Assembly (NCBI GenBank): GCA_963743525.1
Contig: CAVUQH010000004.1
Location: 576,001 to 640,000, forward strand
Source of the DNA: an uncultured delta proteobacterium
GTDB taxonomy: Bacteria; Myxococcota_A; Polyangia; Haliangiales; Haliangiaceae
Direction: 5' to 3'
Length of the DNA stretch: 64,000 nucleotides
In this document: positions 35,625-48,334 of the stretch, piece after piece
Layout: each line of letters opens with the position of its first letter
How positions within the stretch are numbered: position 1 is the stretch's first letter
Position numbers and translations under genes: made by a program
Notes under the pieces: generated by a model
Told to the model about the DNA's origin: nothing
The model's input: only the letters and a program-made list of their open reading frames with translations
The model's database searches: none

Positions 35625-35978
35625 TCAGTGCGGGCCGTCGATGGAGACGCCGGTGCAGGCGGTGTGCAGCTCGTCGAGCTGGTGATACCGCTTGGCGGCG
35701 AGAGCTTCGGCCTGGGCGGCGCGGGTCTCGGCGGCGCGAGCGCGAGCTTCGGCGGTGCGCGCGCGCAGCTCGGCGGCGTCGGCGCGGCGGCGCAGCTCGG
35801 TCCGTCCACCGCTCTGGTTCCAGGCGATGGCGTCGAACACCGAGGCGAAGAATAGCAACGCGACGATGATGCCGATGACCAGCTGCGGCCGGCGATGAGG
35901 ATCAGCCCTGGGCGCGGTTCCGGCTTCGCGTCGGAGGGACTGAGAAGCGGGGGAACGGTCGGGGGCTGGGTGGGTCAT
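35625..35978 (-). CDS. Small TM + coiled-coil protein (paralog of 35983..36486)
   Basis: PDRS…LRREA, TM, ELR.RA..AE.RA..AEAR. Confidence 0.7.
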   Translation of the reverse strand: MTHPAPDRSPASQSLRREAGTAPRADPHRRPQLVIGIIVALLFFASVFDAIAWNQSGGRTELRRRADAAELRARTAEARARAAETRAAQAEALAAKRYHQLDELHTACTGVSIDGPH

Positions 35979-35982
35979 CGTC

Positions 35983-36486
35983 TCATCTACAGTCTGGCGC
36001 GTTTGGCAGGTAGAGGCACGTCGGATCCGGACACCGCTCGTCGGGGGCGCAATCGGTGACGTCGAAGCGCAGCGGCCGGGTAAGCTGCTGCAGCAGCTCG
36101 ATGCGGGCCCGGGCGGCCGCGATGTCGTCGGGGGTGGACGACGGGCTCTCGATCACCCGCTGCGCGGCGCCGAGCTCGTCGTTGATGGCGTCGAGCAGGG
36201 GCAGCAGGCTGGAGTGATGGGCCGCGCGGGCCTGCGCCTCGGCGGACCAGACGCGGGCCTCGGCGGCGTCGGCGCGGGCTTCTGCGGCCACGGCCCGGGC
36301 ACGCAGCTCGTCGCGCTGCACGGTTTGGCGCCAGACGGCGGCATCGAGTAGGGACGCGAGAAAGACCAGGGCGACGGCGGAACCGACGACCAGGAGTGGG
36401 CGGCGAGCGGCTGCCGGCAGCGGCAGCAGCGCCTCGCGGCGAAGGGTCGGACAGGACGAGGAGCGATCAGGTCGAGAACCGGCCAT
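35983..36486 (-). CDS. TM + coiled-coil protein with C-terminal Cys motif
   Basis: C-terminal DPTCLYLPNAPDC similar to DPKCITEPNNPDC of the upstream gene. Confidence 0.7.
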   Translation of the reverse strand: MAGSRPDRSSSCPTLRREALLPLPAAARRPLLVVGSAVALVFLASLLDAAVWRQTVQRDELRARAVAAEARADAAEARVWSAEAQARAAHHSSLLPLLDAINDELGAAQRVIESPSSTPDDIAAARARIELLQQLTRPLRFDVTDCAPDERCPDPTCLYLPNAPDCR

Positions 36487-36534
36487 GTAAGAACTTTATC
36501 ACTGGCGGGGTTCCCCGCGCGGTCACGGGCATCA

Positions 36535-36568
36535 CACAAAAAGAAGGGCGCCCCCGTCGGGGCGCCCT
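36535..36568 (-). terminator. Rho-independent terminator
   Basis: agggcgcccc-gacg-ggggcgccct followed by tctttttgt on the minus strand. Confidence 0.8.
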
Positions 36569-36596
36569 GGTAGGTGACGGTCGGCCGGTGGCCCCG

Positions 36597-37352
36597 CTAA
36601 CAGTCGGGGTTGTTCGGCTCGGTGATGCACTTGGGATCGATGTGCACCCCGTTGTCCTTGGGCTTCTTGTGCGAGCGGCTCTTGATCCGGGAGCGGGTCT
36701 GGTTGGCCTTCGCCTTCAGCTTGGCCAGCTTCTCCTTGGCCGCGGCGATCTCCTCGGCACTGGCGGCCTTGTTGTCGATGATCTTCTGCGCCTCGTCCAT
36801 CTGCGTCTGCAGCTCGTCGAGCTGCTTCTGCATCTCTTCGACGTCGCGCTTGGCCTGCTCGGCCTCGCGCTGCGCCTGCTCCAGCTGAGCCTGCTTGGCC
36901 TTCTGCTTGGCCTCGTTCTCGGCGTTGGAAGCGATGAGGAACCAGGCCAGGCCGCCGACGATCAGCACCAGGCTGACGGCGGCGATGATCAGGCCGGTCG
37001 GGCGCTTCTTCGACGCCTCGATGCGGCGGAGCTCCATCTCTTGCTGCAGGCGATCCTGCTCGAGCCGTGCCTGCGCCTCGATGCGGGCGCGGGTCTCGGC
37101 TTCTTGCAGCCGCATCTGCTCGTCGCGGGCGCGCCGTTCGGCCTCTTCGCGCTGGCTGCGCTCGGCGTGCTCAGCGGCTGCGCGGGCGGCTTCTTCCTGC
37201 TCGCGCTTTTGCCGCTCGGCTTCCATCTGCTGACGGATCCGCTCCTCTTCGGCGGCGCGCCGTGCAGATTCCTCCTCGGTGACCCGCTGCTCCTCGATTT
37301 GCTGCAGCTCGCGCAACGAGAAGAGGACGGAGTTTTCGCGCTGTTCGGCCAT
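36597..37352 (-). CDS. Coiled-coil single-pass membrane protein with N-terminal ENSVLFSL motif
   Basis: MAEQRENSVLFSLRELQQIEEQR, E/R-rich coil, TM, second coil. Confidence 0.85.
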   Translation of the reverse strand: MAEQRENSVLFSLRELQQIEEQRVTEEESARRAAEEERIRQQMEAERQKREQEEAARAAAEHAERSQREEAERRARDEQMRLQEAETRARIEAQARLEQDRLQQEMELRRIEASKKRPTGLIIAAVSLVLIVGGLAWFLIASNAENEAKQKAKQAQLEQAQREAEQAKRDVEEMQKQLDELQTQMDEAQKIIDNKAASAEEIAAAKEKLAKLKAKANQTRSRIKSRSHKKPKDNGVHIDPKCITEPNNPDC

Positions 37353-37572
37353 CGATTTCCCTCGAACGTTACGGCTTGGAGTGTGCGCTGGCCCCGCCCC
37401 GACGGCAAGACCCCACAAAAAACCAGTTTTAACACGCACCTAGGGGGCGCGCAAAGGCTACCTTCGCAGCCGACTGGGATTGTACGCACACGACGCGCGC
37501 CCGGTGCCAGGGGTTGCGGTGGGATTTGCCCCCGATGCCGCCGCTGGGGTACGAGAATGGGGCTGACGACCG

Positions 37573-38295
37573 GTGGCGTTCCTGGACCTACATAGTCACG
37601 TGCTGCCCGGGCTGGACGACGGCTCCCCGGACCCGGAGACGTCGATGGCGATGCTGCGCGGTCTGGCCGCCGTCGGCTTCGACGTGGTCTGCGCGACCCC
37701 ACACCAGAAGGCCGGCCAGTTCATGCCGACCCTCGAGGCGATCCGCGCGGCCCACAGCGCCACCCGCGAGGCGTTGTCAGCCGCCGGGGTGGCCCTGACG
37801 TTGTCGCTGGCGGCCGAAAACATGTGGGACGACGTCTTCTTCGAGCGCGCCCAGTCGGGCACCATCCCCAGCTACGACGATGGTCCCGCCTTTCTGTTCG
37901 AGGTCCACCCGCGGCAGCTGCCAGTCGGGCTCACCGATCATCTGTTCCGCATCCGCATGGACGGCAAGCTCCCGGTGGTCGCCCATCCCGAGCGCTACCA
38001 GCCGCTGTGGACGGCGCCCGACATCATCGACACGCTGCGCGACCAGTGCGCGCTGGTGGTCGACCTCGGAGCCGTCGCCGGCTACCACGGGCGCAAGGAG
38101 AAGAAGGTCGCCCGCCGCCTGCTCGAGGAAGGGATCGCCCACGCCGCCGCCAGCGACGCCCACACTCCCGCCGACGTCCGCGTCGCCGCCGAGGGCATCG
38201 CGTGGATCAAGAAGCGCCTGGGCGACCGCGCCGTCACCCGGCTGCTCGACGAAAACCCGCGCCGCATCGTCGCGGGCGTGCACCCCGAAGGCTGA
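37573..38295 (+). CDS. PHP-family tyrosine phosphatase (CpsB/CapC-like)
   Basis: [29 protein letters not shown]. Confidence 0.93.
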   Translation: MAFLDLHSHVLPGLDDGSPDPETSMAMLRGLAAVGFDVVCATPHQKAGQFMPTLEAIRAAHSATREALSAAGVALTLSLAAENMWDDVFFERAQSGTIPSYDDGPAFLFEVHPRQLPVGLTDHLFRIRMDGKLPVVAHPERYQPLWTAPDIIDTLRDQCALVVDLGAVAGYHGRKEKKVARRLLEEGIAHAAASDAHTPADVRVAAEGIAWIKKRLGDRAVTRLLDENPRRIVAGVHPEG

Positions 38296-38301
38296 GCGCC
38301 G

Positions 38302-39384
38302 GTGAAGCTCGCGATCAACATCACCCTGTCCCTCGGTATGCTCGCGCTCTGCGTCTGGCTGGTGTGGCCCAACGCCCAGGCGCAGCACGATCTCAACCAG
38401 GCGTGGGAGTCGCTGCGCTTCTCCGAGTTCTGGCCGTACCTGCTCGGCTTCCTCGGCCTCCTGGTCGTCACCCACTTCTGCCGCGCCTGGCGGTGGAACA
38501 ACTTGCTCGGGCCGATCGGCGTCAAGCTGCCGCCCGGGCGCCTGCTGACCGTGTCGTCGGTCGGCTTCATGTTCATCCTCGCCCTGCCCGCCCGCCTGGG
38601 CGAGTTCGTCCGTCCGGCGCTGATCCGCGAAAAGGGCAAGGTGTCGGCGTCGGCGGCGCTGGGCACCATCGCGGTCGAGCGCATCGTCGACGGGCTGATC
38701 GTGTCGCTGTTCGTCTTCGGCGCCTTCTTCGCCCAGCGGCACAGCCCGCTCGCCCAGTCCCAGGGCTGGATGATGCCGACGGCGTACGTTGCGCTGGGCA
38801 TCTTCGGCGCGGCGATGCTGTTCCTCGGCTTCGCCCTCAAGTGGCCGGACGAGACCGTGCGCTTCGCCGTGCGCATGACCGGCGCCCGCTACTACGCCCC
38901 GCGCCTGGCCCGCGTCCTCGAGGTCAAGATCCGCGCGATGATCGACGGCTTCCTGGTGCTCAAGGACCGCCGCAACCTGATCATCTTCGTCATGTGGAGC
39001 CTGATCTACTGGGGCTGCAACGGCATCAGCTTCTGGATCCTGGCCCGCGGCTTCGGCCTCGACGTGCCGGTGATCGGCGCCTTTGCGGTGACCGGCCTGG
39101 TCGCCGTCGGCATCTCGCTGCCCAACGCCCCGGCGCTGATGGGCCAGTATCAGTGGTTCACCCAGCTCGGCCTGACCCTGTACGTCGGCGAGGAGATCGC
39201 CAAGGGCCGAGGGCTGGCGTTTGCCATCGCCCTGTGGGCCCTGCAGGTCGTCTGGTACATCGGCGCCGGCGCCATCTCGCTGGCCACCCCATATGTGTCC
39301 CTGTCCGAGGTCTGGAAGTCCCGCCACGCGTCAGAAACTGGCGACGCGGCGCCGACTGTCCCAGAATCGGCGCAGGTACCATGA
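38302..39384 (+). CDS. Lysylphosphatidylglycerol synthase TM-region / UPF0104 flippase-like membrane protein
   Basis: [25 protein letters not shown]…G. Confidence 0.88.
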   Translation: MKLAINITLSLGMLALCVWLVWPNAQAQHDLNQAWESLRFSEFWPYLLGFLGLLVVTHFCRAWRWNNLLGPIGVKLPPGRLLTVSSVGFMFILALPARLGEFVRPALIREKGKVSASAALGTIAVERIVDGLIVSLFVFGAFFAQRHSPLAQSQGWMMPTAYVALGIFGAAMLFLGFALKWPDETVRFAVRMTGARYYAPRLARVLEVKIRAMIDGFLVLKDRRNLIIFVMWSLIYWGCNGISFWILARGFGLDVPVIGAFAVTGLVAVGISLPNAPALMGQYQWFTQLGLTLYVGEEIAKGRGLAFAIALWALQVVWYIGAGAISLATPYVSLSEVWKSRHASETGDAAPTVPESAQVP

Positions 39385-39836
39385 CCCTGCGGCACGCGCT
39401 CATCATCAGCCTCGTCCTCGGTGCCGTGTCGGCCGCCCCGGGCCGGGCACGCGCCGAGTCGCACAAGGACACCACCTATCCTTATCAGCAGGTGTGGCCG
39501 GCGGCGGTCCGCTACCTGCGCATCGACGAGGGGCTCACGATCGTCGAGCGCGACCCGGACGCCGGCTACGTGTTGTTCGACCTGACCGAGGAGAAGCGGA
39601 CCTTCCGCGGCGCCCTCGAGGTGGTCAAGCTGAAGGACTCGGACGGCCGCCCATCGGTGCGCCTGATCCTGCGCATCGACGACCGCCCGGCGTACATGGA
39701 GATGGGCATCCTCAACCGGATGCTGCGCAAGATGCGAACCGAGCTCGGCCCCGAGCCGGATCCGCCGGCCCCGCCGCCGCCGCCACCGCCGGCCAAAGAG
39801 AAGAAGCCCGACAGCCCGGCCAAGCCGGCCGACTGA
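39381..39836 (+). CDS. Secreted hypothetical protein
   Basis: Signal peptide …ARA/ES; Pro-rich tail; ATGA overlap. Confidence 0.75.
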   Translation: MTLRHALIISLVLGAVSAAPGRARAESHKDTTYPYQQVWPAAVRYLRIDEGLTIVERDPDAGYVLFDLTEEKRTFRGALEVVKLKDSDGRPSVRLILRIDDRPAYMEMGILNRMLRKMRTELGPEPDPPAPPPPPPPAKEKKPDSPAKPAD

Positions 39837-39854
39837 CGCGGTAGAGTCGGGCCG

Positions 39855-40880
<1,026 letters not shown>

Positions 40881-40886
40881 CATCGT

Positions 40887-41941
40887 ATGCGCGCCGTCGC
40901 CGTCCTCGTGCTCGCCGCCGCCTGCTCGGCACCGCCGCTGCCGGCCGACCTGGCCGCAGCCCAGCGGCTCGAACAGCAAGGCAAGGTCGAGGCTGCCCTG
41001 GCCGAGTACGTACACGCGCAACAGACCTGCAAGACCATCCGCATCGATCACGTCCGCCGGCAAACCTGCGCCCAGGCGCACACCGGCTACGCCGAGCTGC
41101 TCGAGGACCAGAACCGCCGCGCCGAGGCCGCCGACGCCTACGAGGCGATGCCGGCCGCCCTCGATCACGACCCGGTGCCGTCGGCCAAGGCACTGTACCG
41201 CGCCGGCCGCCTGCGCCTGGCGCTGGGCCAGGACGAGCGCGCGTACACGCTGCTGTGGAAGGCGATCACCGACTACCCCGACGTCGCCTACGCCGTCGAC
41301 GCGCTGCGCGAGCTGTTCATCGACGGCCGCCAGCGCAACCCGGGCCAGCTGTACGAGGCGCTGTCGGGGCTGGTCGATCCATTGGCCGGCAACGACGTCT
41401 CGGACAACATCCTGTTCGACATGGCGGTCATCGCCGAGAAGGACTTTCACGATCTGAAACGGGCGCGCGAGCACCTGGACACGATCATCGCCCAGTACCC
41501 CGACGGCGGCATGTTCGACAACGCCTGCTGGCAGGCGGCGCGCATCTCCCGCGCGCTGGGCGATCCCAAAGGCGCGGCCAAGCGACTGCGCACACTTCTC
41601 GCCACCCGCGAGGTGGCGTGGGGCACCGGCTCGTATTTCTCGGTGCTGCTCGACGACTCGCAGCTGGAGCTCGGCCGCGTGCTGCGCGACGACCTGCACC
41701 AGTACGAGAAGGCCGCGGCCGCGTTCCGCAAGCTGCGGTCCGACTACCCGGCGTCGATCCTGCGCGACGACGCACTGTATGAGGAGGCGGTCACCTGGGA
41801 CCAGGCCGGCGACGGCGAGCGCGCCTGCCGCGTGCTGGCCACGCTGCACGCCGACTGGCCCGACTCGAAGTACGAGCTGGAAAAGGCCCCGGCCCTGCGC
41901 AGCAAGCTGTCGTGCCCGGCGGTGGCCAAGGCGGACGCGAA

Positions 41942-41945
<4 letters not shown>
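40887..41945 (+). CDS. TPR-repeat lipoprotein
   Basis: LAAAC lipobox; TPR helices with ..YP.S motifs. Confidence 0.85.
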
Positions 41946-42676
<731 letters not shown>

Positions 42677-42680
42677 CGGC

Positions 42681-44387
42681 CTACGGGCAGTAGATGCCGC
42701 CGACCCCGGTGGCGTAGCGCACCGGCTTGGTCGCGATCGCGGTGGTGGTCTGACTGGCCGAGTCGGTGACCGCGCCGCGCAGGCAGTAGCAACCGGTGCC
42801 CGGCAGCGTGTAGGCCAGCGAGCCGGTGGTCACGTCGGCGCCGGCGATATCGGTCCAGCCGGTGAGGGTCGAGTCGCAGGTCGCCAGCATGTCGGTCTTG
42901 GGACCGCTGAGCCTGGCGATCGACACGCTACCGGTGACCGTGCCCATGTCGTCGGCGGCCGACCACTGCAGCGTGACGGCGGGAGAGCTGACGTTGGTCG
43001 TCGTGCTGTTGTTGGGCGTGCTCCAGACGAACGTCGGCGGCGCGTCCACCGGGCCGGCGCTCTCGGGCGCGCCGCCCTGGATCCATTCGCCGACCATCGC
43101 CACCTCGGCGGCGGTCGGCTTGGCCTCCGTCGCCGGCGGCATGGTGCCGGCGACGACCATCCGCTGATAGACCAGCGAGCGCTGTTCGTAGACGCCGATG
43201 TCGGCGTTGATCGGCGCTACCGGATCGGCCGCGTCGTACTTGTCCAGGCGGAAGTAGTCGTTCTTGGGCACCGACGGCGGCTGCCCGTGGCACTTGACGC
43301 AGTAGTTGGCGAAGATCGGTTTGACGTCGTTCCAGGTCAGATCCGTGGTCGTCGGCACGGCGACGGTGAAGGTCAGATCCGACTCGTCGCTGCGCACGTT
43401 CTTGGCGCCGGAGTCCGTCGCGGTGACCCGCACCTTGTACTGAATCGGCACGCCGTTGTCGTCGGCGGGGACGCCCGAGGTATCCCAGTCGAACTGCGGC
43501 GTGTCGTTGGCCAGCCCGCTGGCGATGGAGGCGACCACCGTCTCGTTGCCGGCCGCGTCGACCTGGACCAGATCGAGATCGATGGTCAAGACGTCGCCCG
43601 GATCCGGATCGCTGGCGCTCCAGACGATGGTCGTCGCGCCGATGATCGTGTCGCCGCCGTTGGGTTGAATGAGCTGGACGGTCGGCGCGGTCCCGCGGGC
43701 GCCGTGGTCGACCAGCACGTCCGGCAGCAGCACCACGTCGGTCTCGTTGTCGGCCGGGTTGTCGCTGAAGCCGTCGTCGACCAGGGCCAGGATCTCGAAA
43801 TGCTGCTGCGACGCCAGCAGGCCGGTGTTAACGGTGACCGAACGCAGGCCGCCGCCGAGACCGGAGAACAGCACGCTGGGCCGGTCCTGGCTGCCCATCG
43901 GCCGCGCGCCGATCGCCACCACCAGGCCGTCGCCGTCGGCGTCATTGGCCCGAAACGACAGCGCCAGCTCCTGGTCGACGGTGACCATGGCGTCGGTCGG
44001 CGACACCAGCGTGGCGGTCGGCGGCGTGTTGTCGCGGCTGCCCTTGGGCGCGCCGGCGTCTTGCCAGCGGCGCAAGATCTCCCGCTGGCGATCGCCCAGG
44101 GGCACGTCGAGCGGCATCGGCGGGCTCATCATGTCGGCCGCGTGGTCGCGGATCTGCTTGGCGTAGTCGAATGCGTCGAGGGACGTGGCGTCGTTGGCCA
44201 CGTAGCGGTCGAGGCGGAAGCCGGCGATCGCCGGCGAGTACGGGTCGGCGCCGTGGCAGCGGCCGCAGTTGGCCTGCATGATCTCCTGGACGTCGCCGAA
44301 CCAGGTCGGCTCGGCGGGAATCGGGTCAGCGCAGGCCGCGGCGGTCAGCAGCGACAAGACGGCGATGTGGCGCGGCTGGATGCTCAT
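42681..44387 (-). CDS. Diheme c-type cytochrome lipoprotein with Ig-like domains
   Basis: LTAAAC lipobox; CGRCH…MP and CVKCH…MPP heme motifs; beta-rich linkers. Confidence 0.85.
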   Translation of the reverse strand: MSIQPRHIAVLSLLTAAACADPIPAEPTWFGDVQEIMQANCGRCHGADPYSPAIAGFRLDRYVANDATSLDAFDYAKQIRDHAADMMSPPMPLDVPLGDRQREILRRWQDAGAPKGSRDNTPPTATLVSPTDAMVTVDQELALSFRANDADGDGLVVAIGARPMGSQDRPSVLFSGLGGGLRSVTVNTGLLASQQHFEILALVDDGFSDNPADNETDVVLLPDVLVDHGARGTAPTVQLIQPNGGDTIIGATTIVWSASDPDPGDVLTIDLDLVQVDAAGNETVVASIASGLANDTPQFDWDTSGVPADDNGVPIQYKVRVTATDSGAKNVRSDESDLTFTVAVPTTTDLTWNDVKPIFANYCVKCHGQPPSVPKNDYFRLDKYDAADPVAPINADIGVYEQRSLVYQRMVVAGTMPPATEAKPTAAEVAMVGEWIQGGAPESAGPVDAPPTFVWSTPNNSTTTNVSSPAVTLQWSAADDMGTVTGSVSIARLSGPKTDMLATCDSTLTGWTDIAGADVTTGSLAYTLPGTGCYCLRGAVTDSASQTTTAIATKPVRYATGVGGIYCP

Positions 44388-45520
44388 AGGTAGTAATGCA
44401 CCTGCAACAGAGCGGTCATGGCGCGGTCGCTGGCGCCGATGACCTGGGCGCGCCCGAGCAGCCCGATCTCGAAGTGGGCACGCGGATAGAACGACGCCCA
44501 GGCCGACACCGCGTGGCGCGCGACCCCGCTCACTTTCAAGTCCTCGTCGTACAGCTCGTAGGCCACGCCGGTGTACAGCCCCTGGGTGGGGATCCACACC
44601 GGCCCGGCGTAGGCCGCCAGCTGCGGCCGCGACGCGCCGGCTTCGCGCAGCTGCTCGACGCCGCCGTCGACCTCGAGCAGCCACAGCAGCCCCGGTCCGT
44701 CCATCCACCGCTTGTAGGTCAGGCTGCCCAGCAGTCGGCGGGTGGCGTCGCTGTTGGTCGCGCGAACCGACAGTCCGTACGACGCGCCGTGGTGGCGCCA
44801 CTCGGCCAGCGCCGCCGCGCCGACCTCCGACCGCGGCGCCCACTGCAGCGGGTCCGAGACGAACGCGGTCACGTGTACCTCGCCGTGGTGTCCGATCCAG
44901 CCGGCGCCCAGGCCGTAGGTCTCCTCGAGCAGGTTGTAGCCGGTGTAGCGGCGGACGTAGGTCGTGTGGTCGGGCAGGCGCAGACCGAACGGCGCGTAGA
45001 AGCGACCGGCGCGCACGTAGAGCCCGGTCGAGCCGGGCTGCCAGGCGACGTAGTGCTCGCGCGAGAACAGCCAGCTGTTCAGCCCGCTGTTGCCCGTGGA
45101 CATGCCGGCCTGCACCGTGGCCGCGTGCGCCGAGCCGATGACGCCGACGATGCCGTTGAGCGAGAAGTCGCCGGCCGAGATTCGCGCGGCCAGATCGGCC
45201 TGCATGGGAAAGACGGCCATCGACGCGCCGCTCGCGCTGCCGGCATCACTGCTGACCCCGGCCAAACGCAGGTCGCCACCGATCGCCAGCCAGTCGGGCG
45301 TGGACCACAGGCCGTGGAGGAAAGCGCCATCGCCGCCGCGCGAGATGGTGTCGGCGCTCTCGCCGCGGCCCCAGTCGGTGAGCAGCCCACCGCCGGCCGG
45401 CGCGAAGTGACAGGCGGCACAGCTGTCGGTGCCACTCGACAACTGGAAATAGGGATACGCCTCGGCGGGTGCGGAGGCGCACACGACGACCGCGGCGATC
45501 GCCAGGGCCACCCGCTTCAC
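44384..45520 (-). CDS. Cytochrome-porin fusion (N-terminal CxxCH + outer-membrane beta-barrel; Cyc2-like architecture)
   Basis: Signal …AEA/YPYFQLSSGTDSCAACH…LLTDWGR, then amphipathic beta-strands ending in an aromatic C-terminus QVHYYL. Confidence 0.75.
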   Translation of the reverse strand: MKRVALAIAAVVVCASAPAEAYPYFQLSSGTDSCAACHFAPAGGGLLTDWGRGESADTISRGGDGAFLHGLWSTPDWLAIGGDLRLAGVSSDAGSASGASMAVFPMQADLAARISAGDFSLNGIVGVIGSAHAATVQAGMSTGNSGLNSWLFSREHYVAWQPGSTGLYVRAGRFYAPFGLRLPDHTTYVRRYTGYNLLEETYGLGAGWIGHHGEVHVTAFVSDPLQWAPRSEVGAAALAEWRHHGASYGLSVRATNSDATRRLLGSLTYKRWMDGPGLLWLLEVDGGVEQLREAGASRPQLAAYAGPVWIPTQGLYTGVAYELYDEDLKVSGVARHAVSAWASFYPRAHFEIGLLGRAQVIGASDRAMTALLQVHYYL

Positions 45521-45876
45521 TGGCGCGCAGCTCCGGCGACGACCCATTGCTCGACCAGGTTGACGTCGGCCGCCGGCAGCGGCGCATCGGGAGGCATCTG
45601 CAGCCGTTGCTCGCCGCGCAGAAGATAGAGCAGCGCGCTCTGGTCGTCGCCCGGCACCACCCACTGCTCGCCGAGCAGGTAGTCGTAGGCGCCCTGCTCG
45701 TCGCTGAGGTTGACGCCGGCCTTGGCGGTCAGCGAGCTGTGGCAGCGCGCGGTGGCGCAGCTGGGGACGACGATCGTCGCGTGGATGTAGGACCAATCGG
45801 CCGGACGGTCGGCCGGCTCGGCGCACGCGGCCCATACCAGGGTCGCGAGCAGCGCGAAACTACGCAGGCTAGGCAA
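45517..45876 (-). CDS. Small c-type cytochrome lipoprotein (CX4CH)
   Basis: RBS AGGAGGAG, TTG start, LVWAAC lipobox, CATARCH…QMPP…W…GA. Confidence 0.75.
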   Translation of the reverse strand: MPSLRSFALLATLVWAACAEPADRPADWSYIHATIVVPSCATARCHSSLTAKAGVNLSDEQGAYDYLLGEQWVVPGDDQSALLYLLRGEQRLQMPPDAPLPAADVNLVEQWVVAGAARQ

Positions 45877-45993
45877 AGACGGGCTCCTCCTGGGAATAGT
45901 TGCGTAGGTTCTGGCAATGGTTGAAAAAAATTCACCGGGCGGGACGCGCATAACCGGCGCCCGGCACCCACGTTCGCGTACTATCGGCGGGAC

Positions 45994-46766
<773 letters not shown>

Positions 46767-46770
<4 letters not shown>

Positions 46771-47561
46771 CGGTACGCCCCTACATCGAACGCCTCGGCG
46801 CGCGCACCCTCGACGGGGTCGACGCGGGGCTGGCGCTGTGGGGCGTGTTCGTCGGCACCTTCGCCGGACTGATCCGCGGCGGCCGGCCCAGGGGCGAAGT
46901 GGTGCGCCAGCTGTACGTCATCGGCAACAAGTCGGTGGTGTTCGTCGCCGTGACCCTGGGCTTCATCGGCATGGTCATGGTCTACCAGAGCTGCCTGCAG
47001 CTGAACCGGGTCACCGGCGACCTGTCGCAGATCGGGCCGGAGTTCCTCAAGCTCTTGGTCCACGACTTCGCCCCCACGCTGACGGCGATGATGCTGGCCA
47101 CCCGCGTCGGCGCCGGCATCGCCGCCGAGGTCGGGTCGATGAAGGTGACCGAGCAGATCGACGCCCTGCGCATGTCGGGGGTGCGGCCGATCGACTACCT
47201 GATCGTGCCCCGCTTCCTGGCCACGGTCATCGCCACCGTCTGCCTCACCGTCCTGGGCGCGACCGTCGCCTACCTCATGGGCGGCCTGACCGCGGCGCTG
47301 AGCTTCCACGTCAACCCGGACATCTTCTTCGACCTGTCGCGGGTCACGCCGACGCACCTGTTCCTCGGTCTGAGCAAGGCGGTCTGCTACGGCGCCGCCA
47401 TCCCGATCATCTCCGGCTTCTGCGGCCTGCGCGCCCGCGGCAGCTCCGAGGGAGTCGGCTGGGCGACGACGGCCGCGGTCATCGGCAGCTCGTTTGCCGT
47501 CATCCTCATCGACTTCGTCATCTCGGCCTTCGGCCTGACGGTGCTGGGAGGCGGGCTGTGA
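46767..47561 (+). CDS. mlaE: Mla/Mce ABC permease (second copy)
   Basis: RVGAGIAAEVGSMKVTEQIDALRM, GVG.ATT.AV. Confidence 0.95.
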
Positions 47562-48325
47562 GCCAGGCGCCCATGATCCGCTTCGTCGGCGTGCGCAAGT
47601 CGTTCGGCGCGCGCGAGGTGCTGTCGGGCATCGACCTCGACATCGACCAGGGCGAGGTGATGTTCATCATCGGCACCTCCGGCGTGGGCAAGAGCGTGAC
47701 CATCAAGCACCTGGTCGGCCTGTTGCGCGTCGACAGCGGCGAGATTTGGTTCGAAGGCCAGCGCATCGACGCCCTCAGCGAGCGCGACTTCTATCCCCTG
47801 CGCAAGCGGATCGGCATGGTCTTCCAGAGCGCGACCCTGTTCGACTCGATGACCCTGCGCGAGAACGTCGCCCTGCCCCTGCGCAAGCACAAGGGGATGC
47901 GCCACCACGACGCCCTGCAGGAGGCCGCCGTCCGCCTCGAGCAGGTACACATGCACGACTTCATGGACCGCTACCCGGCCGAGCTTTCCGACGGCATGCG
48001 CAAGCGGGCCGCCATCGCCCGGACGCTGACGCTGGAGCCGGAGGTGGTGCTGTTCGACGAGCCGACCACCGGACTGGACCCGGTGTCGGCCCGGCGCATC
48101 GACGCGCTCATCCGCGAGCTGTCCGACACCACCGGCGTGACCTCGGTGGTGGTGTCACACGATCTGGAATCGATCTTCTCGATCGCGGATCGGATCGCCT
48201 TCGTCTACCAGGGCCGCGTTCATCTGTGCGGAACAAAAGACGACTTTCGACATTCTCCAGACCCGGTGGTACAGCAGTTCATCACCGGTCTTTCATCGGG
48301 GCCGATGGAGACGCCCGGTTTTTGA
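47558..48325 (+). CDS. mlaF: Mla/Mce ABC ATPase (second copy)
   Basis: GTSGVGKS, FQSATLFDSM, LSDGMRKR, FDEPTTGLDP, SHD. Confidence 0.92.
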   Translation: MSQAPMIRFVGVRKSFGAREVLSGIDLDIDQGEVMFIIGTSGVGKSVTIKHLVGLLRVDSGEIWFEGQRIDALSERDFYPLRKRIGMVFQSATLFDSMTLRENVALPLRKHKGMRHHDALQEAAVRLEQVHMHDFMDRYPAELSDGMRKRAAIARTLTLEPEVVLFDEPTTGLDPVSARRIDALIRELSDTTGVTSVVVSHDLESIFSIADRIAFVYQGRVHLCGTKDDFRHSPDPVVQQFITGLSSGPMETPGF

Positions 48326-48334
48326 GGGGTACAC

